Program-made: the position numbers and the translations under genes
Shown: piece by piece, positions 12,729 through 23,706 of the stretch
Numbering within the stretch: the stretch's first letter is position 1
Layout of the letters: every line of letters begins with the position of its first letter
Notes under the pieces: model-generated
The model's database searches: none
What the model saw: only the letters and a program-made list of their open reading frames with translations
What the model was told of the DNA's origin: nothing
Source of the DNA: Catajapyx aquilonaris
Taxonomy: Eukaryota
Direction: 5' to 3'
Assembly: GCA_000934665.2 (NCBI GenBank)
Contig: JYFJ02001528.1
Coordinates: forward strand, 1 to 64,000
Length of the DNA stretch: 64,000 bases

Positions 12729-13167
12729 AAGTGCACTACCAGCAGTTAATTAGATGATCTGAAAGAAACCAGCCGGTGTAACAGTAAACAAAGATTCATT
12801 TGCATGGTATTAGTTTTTATTTAAATTCAGCATTTATGTAGCCCAATGCAGTCCTCCCCAACCCCCATATCAGTTGGTGATCTCTCACATAATGCAATTG
12901 TTTTTGTCCCATTAAGATAAATAATAAGTGCAGGTAAACAGGTAACGTTGTCATATGTTTCTTTTGCATATTTATTTATTAGTTACTGCGAACAGAACAG
13001 TGCTCAATGCAGCAATGTTCACACCGGGCGCTCCAAATCTCGCACCTTGTGACGTAGGTGCCTTGGGGAAAAGGGGCGTGAACCTGCGTAGCGTTCGACG
13101 GGTTTTGGGTGGGAATGTGGGAGACGACTGCATGGTAACGCATGCCAACCTGGCAACCCATCACATA

Positions 13168-14068
13168 CGAGGGTAGTCCAATAAGTTCTGAGCCTAAGGT
13201 AGATGGCGTGGGCTGATAATGATGTCCTTCCACCTGAAGGTAGTGACACTCATTAGAGCAACAACCCCCAAACTTCACCCCGATTGCATCATTCTATCAG
13301 GAGATACTGGCACTTGCAGGCGTGAAAGTGCGGATTAGTCTCCGACATTGACAAAATCGAGCTGCGAGCAGTGATCAAATACTTCCAGAAAGAGGGGATG
13401 ACCCCTAAGAAGATTCACGAGGACATGAGGGAAATACTGTTTGACGAAGCTCCTTCATATGCCACTGTCAAAAGGTGGGCACGGGATTTCAAGATGGGTC
13501 GGGAGAGTGTGGAAGATGACCCCCGCTCGGGCCGCCCAGCAACGGCAACCACTGCGGAGAACGTCAACCGCATCCATGACATGGTCATGGGCTCATGGCA
13601 GATGGCCGACTCACCTCAGGGAGATGGCCATCTCGCGAGGTACTGTGAATCAATCCTAACGGACATATTGGGGATGCACAAGCTGTCGGCCAGATGGGTA
13701 ACCCGCGACTTGACGCCTGATCAGAAGCGGATCTGTGTGACACATTCACAGGCGCCATTGGAGGAGTATCGGAGGGACCGGGACACTTTTTGGCTCGTTA
13801 CGTAACACAAGATGAGACCTGGCTCCATCATTATTCTCCTGAAACCTCCGTGGGACGCACTTCTCCAGTGACAATGAGGTGATAAGTGCAATGTATGAGT
13901 GGTTGGGTGGGGTCGAGGAAGATTTTTTTACACGGAATACAGAGGTTGGAGCACCGGTGGGACAAATTCATCCTGGTTCAAGGTGACTACGTCGAAAAGT
14001 CTTAATTAAATTTTGACCATCAAACATGTCTTTCAACATCAGGCTCAGAACTTATTGGACGACCCTCG
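13168..14068 (+). mobile_element. Internally deleted mariner transposon
   Basis: TIRs CGAGGGTAGTCCAATAAGTTCTGAGCCT / AGGCTCAGAACTTATTGGACGACCCTCG with TA TSD. Length 901 bp. Confidence 0.95.
13346..14005 (+). pseudogene. Mariner transposase pseudogene
   Basis: HTH region, SGRP, KLSARWV motif, frameshifted VTQDETWLHHY, then a jump to the C-terminus LRGTHFSS...GDYVEK. Most of the catalytic domain is missing. Confidence 0.92.
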
Positions 14069-14196
14069 TACAGTAGCGTTACGGTAGTGTTTGAATTTCG
14101 CGGGCGGACGTGACGTCACGATTTGGCTTCAACTTTCGGAGGCCTCGTGAGAGATGACCACGCATCGTAGAGCAATCGGATATTCACTTCCTTATA

Positions 14197-14524
14197 CAGT
14201 AGAACCCCGATTATCCGACTCCTCGGTTTATCCGACCGTCCCGCAATAAACCGGCAATAAATCTGTGTTTTTTCATGAAATACTGTAATGTTCTATGCAT
14301 TTGTTTGCTCTGCCGGAGTTAAATGGTAAATACAGTACAGTAGAGTGTGTGTAAAAGATAAATACTCCACGATTTCATAGAAAAGCATAATATTGTACGT
14401 TATTTCATGTTTTTATGTTTTTGTTGTGTTTTATTAACGTATTTTACTCCTAGGATTATCCGACCTTTTCGGTTACCCAACGATGCCCCAGTGCCGTTGG
14501 TGACGGATAATCGGGGATTAACTG
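14197..14524. mobile_element. pogo/Tigger-like MITE
   Basis: TA-CAGTAGAACCCCGATTATCCG ... CGGATAATCGGGGATTAACTG-TA. Confidence 0.88.
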
Positions 14525-14618
14525 TACTGGTTTTTCACAAGGAATCTCGCTACGTGAATCTTGTGCGCCATTTACCGACCACCATGGTATACACCAAAGA
14601 TAATTATCAGCTAATATA

Positions 14619-14859
14619 CAGGGTGTTTATTGTAACTCTGCAAAGACTTTCAGGGGTAATAGAGGGGACCAAGACAAGTATTTTTGACATAGGAACCTGT
14701 GTCCGGAAACGCCATCTAGAGGGGGTTCATAGGCAAGGAACGGGTGCGCTCAGACGCGTCAGGCGAGAGGCGCTAGGCGAGCGGACTGTTTTGTTGATAG
14801 ATGGCGCACAGTTGTTGCCAGGTTATGGTGTATCGCGTCTCAACGCGATACGCCATAAC
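14619..14859. mobile_element. Half copy of Tc1/mariner-type MITE family C
   Basis: TA-CAGGGTG start. Matches the arms of 16751-17281 and 23157-23706. The right arm is lost at the junction with a SINE. Confidence 0.85.
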
Positions 14860-15155
14860 CCCGGGTTCGATCCCAGCCCGGGGACACCCCATTCATCTCG
14901 TGCAGAGTTTAGGGTCACCTCTGGCTTCGTCTCGGGTGGTATTTCCAATAGACTAAACCACCCAGGGGAGTTCACTAAAAATGGCCACATTAAGACATTG
15001 CACTGCACCTTGCACATCCCCTCCCGTCATCCTGCCCGTGGGCCCGGGCTTTAATTAAATATGCACCATGTACTGAACAACTCAAAATACAATAAAGGTC
15101 CATGCGATATACCCCGGAAGGCATTACCCACAAATTATTATTAAAATTATTATTA
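14860..15155 (+). mobile_element. SINE family B, 5'-truncated
   Basis: B box GGTTCGATCCC, core matching 11688-12013, and an (ATT)n tail. Confidence 0.88.
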
Positions 15156-15157
15156 TA

Positions 15158-16103
15158 CAGGGTTGGGCAAAATGTATGACATGATTTGAATCACGTGGTA
15201 CGGTGGTGCTGTTTGAGCATGCAAGGGATATGGGCATGTGCTGGAGTAAGGAAGGTTTGCCATTTGCAAAAATGGTGTCTTGGTCTGCAAAGCACCGTGC
15301 AGTCATCATGGAGATTTATTTTAAAAATAATGACTCCACCAGAGCTGTGCGAAGGATCTTTCTTCACCATTTTGGGCTGGGACGTCAGAACCAAGTCCCC
15401 GACCATCAGGCAATCATAAGGGGGGTGAAGCAGTTCCGGGACACAGCATCAGAAACCAAAAAAGCACTGGACATCCAAAGACATAGCCGACCTTCCCAAG
15501 ATGTCCACAATGCGCTCCTCCGAAGTCCTTAGTGATCAGCAGTTAGGCACGCCTTGGCACTATGAATGTTGGCACACTCCCTGTGCTACATCATCCATGA
15601 TGTCCTGCACTTATATCCTTACAAGATCAAGCTGTGCAACAGTTGAAAGCAAGGGACAAAGTGGCCCGAAGAACCTTTTTGGATGCTTGGAACGGCCAAT
15701 AGCCCAGGAATTCGGAGTTGTGCGTTGAATACCCTTTGGGTGGGGGTCCGTTGTGTCCTAGAATAGCACTGTCCAAGGACTCCTTGGACAGTGCTATTCT
15801 GGTCCAGGCATGATGATGTGTTCAGGAATTGCTTCGCCCACCTTATGTTTGTCTGGTGGTTGATAACTTCGTCCTGATATCCCAGTTCAAAATGGCTAAG
15901 AAATATCCTTCGTAGAGCTATGGGGAACTCGGTAATATTAAAATACGTCTCCACAAAGAATGCACAGTGCTCTGGCGACCACGACACCATTTTTGCAAAT
16001 GGCAAACCATTCCCACTCCAGCACATGACAATATCCCCTGCATGCTCAAACAGCATCATCGTACACGTGATTCAAATCATGTCATACATTTTGCCCAACC
16101 CTG
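15158..16103. mobile_element. Palindromic Tc1/mariner-superfamily derivative made of two transposon 5' ends
   Basis: TA-CAGGGTTGGGCAAAATGTATGAC TIRs. Both strands encode a transposase N-terminus (MVSWSAKHRAVIMEIYFKNN on +, MVSWSPEHCAFFVETYFNI on -). Confidence 0.88.
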
Positions 16104-16730
16104 TATAAAGCCCCAATCCGAGGAGGAGGATGGAAAAGATTTCGCACTTCCCGAGGTCGTAGAACGCTGGTCGACGCTCCGTTGCATTTCTTGCCTCCGG
16201 TTTACCAATGCCAAAAATCCTCATAATCGCAAAATTCCCAGCCGTTTTGGAGATGGGCAAAAAGTTGACTTTTTCACGCGCCACCTTGCCCATCTGCTCG
16301 TAATTAAGCCGTCGGAGAACAGCAGCCCCTCTCCGGCGCTCCCTCCCCCCACCGCTGACAATCTGGATCCACTCTAATCCCACCCCAGTGCCTTTTCTCA
16401 CCATACGTCAGCTAGGGCGCATTCTCATACTCCACACCTTTAGCGATGAAGTCACGGGTTCTGTAAACGGATGCCACCCCGCTCCGACCAATTTTTGCGT
16501 AAAATGACTTGCTCTGTTCGCATCGGAGAGTGGGGTAAGTGTGGGGCGGACGGGTGCACTGGGCCTCGGAGAGATACGGAGACCGAGGAGGACCTGCGCG
16601 GGAACGGACCAATTCGCGCTGCAGGCGCGCAAGTGGGTCGCAGCCCCCCGCGGGATGTGTGTGTGTGTGGGGGGGGGGGGNGTGTGTGTGGGGGGGGGGG
16701 GGGTCCTTCGCTCCCCCCCCCCCCGCCTCG

Positions 16731-17802
16731 CAAAGCGAGTCTGCTCTATACAGGGTATAAATGAATTCGGGGGACAAACTTGTAGGGGTAATAGAGGGGA
16801 CCAAGGCAAACATATTTGACCTAGGAACCCGTGTCCGGAAACGCCATCTAGAGGGGGTTCATAGACAAGGAATGGGTGCGCTCAGACGCGTCAGGCGGAC
16901 GGCGTTAGCGAGCGGACCGTTTAGTTGCTAGGTGGCGCGCGGATTGTACACAACTTCGCAATTTGCCATAACCTGGCAACAACAGAGCCACCTAACAACT
17001 AAAGTCAGCATGCTGCTTGGTAGTGCATATATAATAAACAACAACTCTGGCGTTGCCAAGTTATGGCGAATTGCAAAGTTGTGTACAATCCGCGCGCCAC
17101 CTAGCAACTAAACGGTCCGCTCGTTAGCGCCTCTCGCCTGACGCGTCTGAGCGCACCCATTCCTTGTCTATGAACCCCCTCTAGATGGCGTTTCCGGACA
17201 CGGGTTCCTAGGTCAAATATGTTTGTCTTGGTCCCCTCTATTACCCCTACAAGTTTGTCCCCCGAATTCATTTACACCCTGTATACTTCTACATGCATAA
17301 CTCGCTATCCCTTTCCATACAAGCCGAGTGAAGCCAAATCACGCCCAAAGTAACGATGGCGCCATCCTTTCTTTCGGCGTGATTTTGCATGGCGGGAGTT
17401 TGGAACTACAATCAAAATGCTCATGTCGTAAGTATGCACGACGGGTAAGGGTTGGTTGGACCACGGGTTGGACTGTGGCATTTTGCTTACCTGTAAAAGG
17501 ATATTCCCGAACCGCCCTTGTCGGCTCCCGTTTTGCACCCACATGCAGAGCAGTGACACTGCGGCATGATGGAACAGACAGGCGGCGGGGAAGCAGAAGC
17601 GGCCTTAGGGGCGCCCCCTGTGCAGATGGGACGTACCGCAGTGGGACGTTTCCAGGGGCGCGGGACATCCCTTGAAGATGCCCAACGTACACGCCACCAC
17701 TGCAGATCGACCCGCCATCTTTGCTTTGGGCGATTGGCAGACTGGCTTCACATTTTCCGTAGCAGTTATGTATCTAGAAGTTATATATAGCAGATATCTT
17801 TG
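16731..17802. mobile_element. MITE family D copy 1, with left TIR interrupted by MITE C
   Basis: Homologous to 38939-39304. Right end TATATAGCAGATATCTTTG; degenerate left end CAAAGCGAGTCTGCTCTATA. Confidence 0.75.
16751..17281. mobile_element. Tc1/mariner-type MITE family C, complete
   Basis: Near-perfect ~230-bp arms, CAGGGT...ACCCTG ends, TA TSD. Confidence 0.93.
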
Positions 17803-17815
17803 GTATACACATATA

Positions 17816-18103
17816 GCCGGCCTTGGTGGACTAGTGGTTAGCGCGCTCGCCTCTGGTCCCAAGGTTGTGGGTTCGAACCCGGCCGAGGTCGGTGACTTTT
17901 CTCCGGGTGGTAGAAAAGTGAGAGTGCGCCTTCCTTCGGAGGGGAAGTAAAGCCGTCGCGTCGGTACCGTGTGCTTGTGACATTGCGCGAGTGCACGTTA
18001 AAGATCCCCAGAGTGGTCAAATTTCCAGGAGGAGGACCACCCCTGGCGTCGGTGTTGAGCCTTAGAGGCATAAATAGGCCGACGTTAAGCCCCACTGAAC
18101 CCA
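17816..18103 (+). mobile_element. Full-length tRNA-derived SINE (third family)
   Basis: A box TGGACTAGTGG, B box GGTTCGAACCC, 13-bp TSD GTATACACATATA (17803-17815, 18104-18116). Confidence 0.93.
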
Positions 18104-18116
18104 GTATACACATATA

Positions 18117-18980
18117 CAGTGGTGCCTCGTAGCCTACTAGTCGTACTTCTAACTTAATTAGTTCCAGGAGGCCGTTAGAACTCTGAATTGTTCAAAGTCT
18201 GAATCAATTTCCCCATTATAAATAATGGAAAGTTAATTAGTCCGTTCTCAGACGCTTAAAGGGACACTCCCCTCAAAAAACAAGTTTGGCTCTAAAAATC
18301 GGGCAAAAAATCCTGAATCCGACGGTGAAATTCGTTTTTCGCTACGCAGAAGGGTAATCCCAGGGCGAGGTGTTAAAGTGTGTTGTCTGCTAATGAGCGG
18401 CGCCGCCATGCGGGGAACAGGGGAACTGTAGGGCTGCACCTCTCTGGGATGGGCCTAGGCGGGATAGCAGCCCACCAGTTCCCAAGGTCAGGAAGGCGTC
18501 GCTGGCGGACGGCCAGCTTCTAGCGCACTATTTGAATTTCCCCACTTTGACCCCTCGCCCTGAGATTACCGTTCCGCGTAGCGAAAAACAGATTGCACCT
18601 TCGGATTCAGGATTTTTTGCCCGATTTTGAGAGCCAAACTTGTGTTTTGAGTGGCGTGTCCCTTTAACAATACCCTTTTCGATAAACATGACATCAAACA
18701 CGCATAATGTAAGGTATATATAACACAATTAAATGCCCTAAATAATAAATTAAGTCATGAAAATAATACGATATTGTAAATAAAATTAAAAAAGCACACG
18801 AAAATAATGCAAGAGAATGATGCTTTCACAGCGAGAACCAGAGACTCATCAGACGCACAACAGACGGCGTATACGCAGAGAGCTCATTTTTTCACTGCGC
18901 GCACAGTTCGAACTTAGAAGCATCGTTCGATCTCCGGATTGAATTTCTCACGAATTTAGCGTACGAACGTTCGAAGTAAC
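18117..18980. mobile_element. Decayed Tigger-like MITE
   Basis: TA-CAGTGGTGCCTCG start and repeated GTTCGAA subterminal motifs at both ends. The right TIR is not clearly preserved. Confidence 0.5.
18260..18663. mobile_element. Kolobok-type MITE
   Basis: TTAA-AGGGACAC...GTGTCCCT-TTAA with ~120-bp inverted arms. Confidence 0.85.
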
Positions 18981-19413
18981 TTATAGGGCCTTCACAGGGT
19001 GATCCCAAATATTTCTCCGACTTATATGTCTGTTGGCATTAAGCTTATTATATTTAAGCAGTTACTCTTCAATTGTTACTTTTAATGGTTATCAAAGGTG
19101 TTTGGTGCTAATATTAGGTTACATGTAGCCTACAGTAGGCCTACCCAATCCTTTTTAAAAGCCTGCGAACATTTTCATATTGAAATCTGCGCCTTGGCAC
19201 TTACAACCTTTTACATCTCCATTTTGTTTCTATGACGCAATTATTTACAGGATTGAGAATATTTGAAAGATCACCCTACGCCCATTCTAAAATTTTCGTA
19301 CGTGTAAGCGAAAGGGGAACATTTGGCCACGTAACTTTGCGCGCTGGCTTACTGTGCAACGGCATAAGAGAGCTGCAGTTTCATCCCGACACAACGGGAC
19401 AAACCATAATATA

Positions 19414-19629
19414 CAGGGTGTCTCAACTTTTTTGTCCAAACAGTTATCGGAAAAGCCTATGTATCTTCTAGCTATACGTAGTCAGAATATGCCCCCACAT
19501 TCCTGGCACATCCTTCAACTGATAAAGCCAGGGAAGCATCACTGGTTGCAAGTCACTGCTAAAAAATAAGCAGCTTAGTGCAATATTTCCGATAATTGTT
19601 CGGACAAAAAAGTTGAGACAACCGTCCTG
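19414..19629. mobile_element. Tc1/mariner-type MITE
   Basis: TA-CAGGGTGTCTCAACTTTTTTGTCC mirrors GGACAAAAAAGTTGAGACA...CCTG-TA. Confidence 0.8.
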
Positions 19630-20056
19630 TACACTATATGCCTCCCCATCATTTATGGTTTGCCCGCAAAACGTTATTTTGAAAGGGAGAAAAAGCTGAT
19701 TCTCTTTACGGTGATATGTAAAATATACGACTTTAATAATTCTCAGGGCATGTAGTGGCTACCTCTGCAAAAAAAAAAAAAAAAATGCCTGGACAGGCAT
19801 ATCATTTGTTGATTATATTTATACTGTCATGTGAATGGTCCCAGAATGTCTGGGTACCATTAGCCTAGTTGCCGTAGTGGCATAAAAATATAATTTCTGA
19901 AATAATTTTTAATATTCTAACCAATCAGAAATGTAGGCCTATAGCATGCACATAAGTATACTTTAGAAGCTTTGGGAAGGGAGTATTGGGATGTGTGGGA
20001 GAGAAAATGCAATAATTGAAGAGGACGATGTAATTAAAATATTGTTGAACACAGTC

Positions 20057-20787
20057 TATTACCATTCCCAGAAAGTAAGGCTCATTTGTATGCATTACAA
20101 TATGTTTCAAGAATTACCTGCAGAAATGATTCATTTCGGAGTAATGGCACATTCTGTACCTTTAGCTTTATTATTTCACACAATTCCCATGTCGATAGAG
20201 GCATTTTCTTATCGTGGTAGAAATTTTGTAATCCTATGTCGAGCACTCCTGTCGCCAAAGTCTCCCTTTTCTTGATAACTCCCTATAAGCTATATGACAA
20301 AAGGGTTTCCGAGGTGGTAAAACATGTGAAGGTCTGTACTCTGGGAATGATGCTTAAAGATGTTCCACTTGAACTATTAGAGGAGGCACTACAATGCCTG
20401 ACAGCTCATTGTAGACCTTACACGGGCATTAACTTAGTACTCAAGGGCTGAAGCACCTCAAGAGGGGAAGCATTCTCCACACAGTTTAGACCGTGGTCCA
20501 GACTTTGCACTGAGTGACTTTTACATGTTAGTTACCTCATAAATACTTGGTAGTTGAAAAAAACTTTGCTTGGCGGCGTGAGTGATGGACCTAGACTATA
20601 TCAGATTTTGCAAGGCTTCAAAATCTGGTATACCATGATACGAAAAGTTCCTTTATCTGGATGGTGCAAGTAGTGTCGAGTAGTTGCTCAAGATAAGTGC
20701 CATCATGCTGCTATATGGGGATTTTAAGAGGAATTGTTTAAGCATTTTAAACACCCAAATAGCCCCTTACTCTCTGGACGAGGCAAT
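20057..20787. mobile_element. Old palindromic mariner derivative made of two 3' ends
   Basis: Decayed mariner C-terminus on - (FKWNIFKHHSQSTDL; GLQN..LPR..CLYRHGNCVK) and on + (HSPHS..PDFALSDF; LQNLV..YEKFLYLDG..VE). TIR remnants CCAGAAAGTAAGG / CCTTACTCTCTGG. Confidence 0.7.
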
Positions 20788-20791
20788 ATTG

Positions 20792-20898
20792 CACAGAATT
20801 CTAGATCTTATCACCGATTGGTTGGGTTGATCCTTAAAAATAAAATTTCCTTTTAAGGACCCACCCAACCAATCGGTGACAAGATTCAGAATTCTGTG
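20792..20898. repeat. 107-bp hairpin or mini-MITE
   Basis: CACAGAATTCT..ATCTT.TCACCGATTGGTTGGGT mirrors ACCCAACCAATCGGTGACAAGAT..AGAATTCTGTG. Confidence 0.8.
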
Positions 20899-21426
20899 TT
20901 CTGAATTTATGCGCAGCTGTCCAGAATATTATGTCTTCCGTAGCACACTGATGACCCAAGCCCCAAGACTCCGAATGTGTAGGTGTTAACTGTTAACCCC
21001 CCGAGCATAATTCAAGTGACGTTATCAGTTAGTCCTACACAGTGTAGAAGAGAGTGTTCTACAATGAGGCCGTTTTTCTAGACTCTAGAGAGAGGCAGAA
21101 AGAGGGAAAGGGAAAGCTACTCATACATATAAAGCTACCCCGACCGGACTGAGTCAGGTCGATAAGCTGATCGATCATAAAATGATATTTTGTGTTCCCA
21201 CCATGCTATATGACTGAAATTATACCATAAATTGACATTTTCTATCAAAACAGCAGAGAAAAGCCTTAAATCTGAAGATTTCCTCAGGAAAACAAAGTGA
21301 GACTGATCTACGTAGTGCAGAGTGATATGTTGGTATACAGGGTGAAGGGAAACTCGCGGAAAATCGCTAGGTAGACTGATAGTACTCGTAAAACTAATAT
21401 AGGGATGTGCAATTACTTTTGGGCTC

Positions 21427-21702
21427 CGTTGCATAATTAATGCGTACGGCGCCGTCAAAGTTTCGTGACGTCACATCCGTTCCGCTAGCTTCAGCGAAGC
21501 AAAAGTTAGCTCGAGGGCCTCCGGTCCCTTGCCTTGGCCCCCTGACATATAGTAGGCTACATGTGCAATATAGGTGATAAAATCCAGTCAGAGTAAGAAT
21601 CCGGGTACGACACCCGTGCACTTAGTCGTTTTTACCTCGTACAGTATTTTATCATCCGTCCCTCTACACTTTAAAGGCACCGTACGCATTAACTATGCAA
21701 CG
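21427..21702. mobile_element. MITE-like element with 27-bp inverted ends
   Basis: CGTTGCATAATTAATGCGTACGGCGCC / GGCACCGTACGCATTAACTATGCAACG. Confidence 0.65.
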
Positions 21703-21956
21703 CATGCATTTCAAGTAACCGTAACATTACTGTATTTTCAAGTAAGTTACTTCAACTTATTTCAAGTAACCGTAACTGTTATTTCAAGTAGCCCAACTCC
21801 AAGCCTAACTACTAATCGCATTTCCGAAATAAAGAGGGAAAACCCTCAGGCAGTTGGTATTGCACTTGAAAAGAAAACCCAGTACACCCCTACTCAACAG
21901 GTTAAAATGATCCTTTGGGGGCCAAATATAATTATGGAATCTGTATGTTTGTCATG

Positions 21957-22130
21957 GGCGTGATGGTGTAGTGTTTAACTGTTTATTGCCATAGCCTTCC
22001 ACCTGACGTCCCGAGTTAGATCTCCGGATCGGACGGAGGACACTCATGTGGAAATAATTTCTGTGGGTTCTTTCCGTGTTAGCGTGGGTTTTCTCTGGGC
22101 TCTCTCTTTTCTTCCCATAATCAAAATCAA
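21957..22130 (+). mobile_element. Decayed tRNA-derived SINE with V-domain-like core
   Basis: A box TGGTGTAGTG, degenerate B box GAGTTAGATCTCC, then TCTGTGGGTTCTTTCCGTGTTAGCGTGGGTTTTCTCTGGG. Confidence 0.6.
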
Positions 22131-23156
22131 TCACATTGAAGTGGATGATCAGGTTAGTCATAGGAGGATCTCCCAAACCAGCACAGCCATATCACGGGGT
22201 AACCAATTAGTAACACTTTAGGCTTGTCCAAATCATTACAAAACACCCTATGTTGACGATTATGAATGCAGAGAAAAGTCTATAAGTGGAACAAATGTGT
22301 ACGCAAGTGACACACTAATGATAAACTTTTTTTTAACTTTCCAAGACTGATAAGCTACACATCCCTCTTAGTCTACGCCAATAATATGATTAAGTAGTGA
22401 CATTAATATTAGTTGCTCATTCCTGCATAATGAATATCAACCTGAACCATTTTCATCGCCTTTCTTTGTGACAGTGGTCTGGCGAGGGGGAGAATAAGTT
22501 ATGAAAGCCGTGAATTGACAGTATGAAATGTAAAGAAGCTGCCTCAGGGCTTGTGATTACGGTAAAGGAGTATAAAACGCTCTCCGGGGTGTCATATCTT
22601 TTGGGAAGTTTCTTCGAGACCGCTCATAAGGTGGCTATTTATTTTTCACTCGAATAATAAGGCACTTGACGCGCAAGTAAAATGGTAATAATATAGGGTC
22701 TTCTCCCACCTTACCCTTCACATAATGCACTTAATACAGGGTGCTTCAACAAAGGAAACTTAATTATCATAGTGTCGTTGCTGTTCAAATCCCATAATAG
22801 TGAGTGTAATAGTCTGTCAGTAGTAAGAGCTAAAACATGGATAGTTGAAGAGTTAGCTAGCAGTATATTCTCACGTGGTGTTGTCACCAAGACATAATTC
22901 CCTTCACACGATGTAACCAAGATTGATATAGAGCATTTGGTATTGAAATAATTTATTCTAGAAATCGGCTTACCTCTAGTACCTATACCCATTACGTGGA
23001 AGTTACTGACCACAAGTATGGAGTAACATATTTTCCTTCTTAATAGGCGGTAACACTCGCTAGATTCTGGCATTTGCACACCAAATGAGCTGCTCTAATT
23101 GTTGAAACATCGTCTTGTATTTTCATTGAAGGTATGGCAGGATTATCTGCAATATA

Positions 23157-23706
23157 AGGGTGTTCCCTGTAACTCTGTCAAGACTTTCAGGGGTAATACA
23201 GGGGACCTAGACAAGTATTTTTCACATAGGAACCCGTGTCCGGAAACGCCATCTAGGTTCATAGATGAGGAACGGGTGCGCTCAGACGTGTCACTCGGGA
23301 GGCGCTAGGCGAGCGGACTGTTTTGTTGATAGATGGTGCTCGGATAGTAAACAACGATCGAACGATGCGAAGTGCCGTAACATGGCAACAACAGAGCCAT
23401 CTACCACCTAAAGTCCGCCTCCTAGGAGACGCACGGATAGTAAATAGCGGTTCTGTTGTTGCCAGGTTATGGCGTATCGCGTCATTGTTTACTTACAACG
23501 ACGTGATACGCCATAACCTGATAACAACTGCGCGCCATCTATCAACAAAATAGTCCGCTCGCCTAGCGCAGGGCCGCGCACCCGTTCCTTGTCTATGAAC
23601 CCCCTGTAGATGGCGTTTCCGGACACGGGTTCCTGCGTAAAAAAATACTTGTCTTGGTCCCCTCTATTACCCCTGAAAGTCTTTACCTAGTTGCAGGGAA
23701 CACCCT
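23157..23706. mobile_element. MITE family C, complete and more diverged
   Basis: AGGGTGTTCCCTG...CAGGGAACACCCT. Arms homologous to the 14619 and 16751 copies. Confidence 0.9.

Larger units (their letters stand above)
9421..14556. mobile_element. Old inverted-repeat element hosting multiple nested insertions
   Basis: Left arm 9421-9750 mirrors a right arm split into 13040-13167, 14069-14196 and 14525-14556 by a mariner and a MITE. Confidence 0.75.

Noticed and set aside
14407..15054. 215-aa ORF
   Set aside because: It crosses four unrelated repeats (two MITEs, an old arm and a SINE), so it is a chance open frame.
16655..16725. Duplicated (GT)n-poly-G block
   Set aside because: The two copies are joined at an N, so this is probably an assembly artefact.
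18815..18860. CTGATGA...GAAA on the minus strand as a hammerhead ribozyme
   Set aside because: No stem II or flanking helices can be formed.
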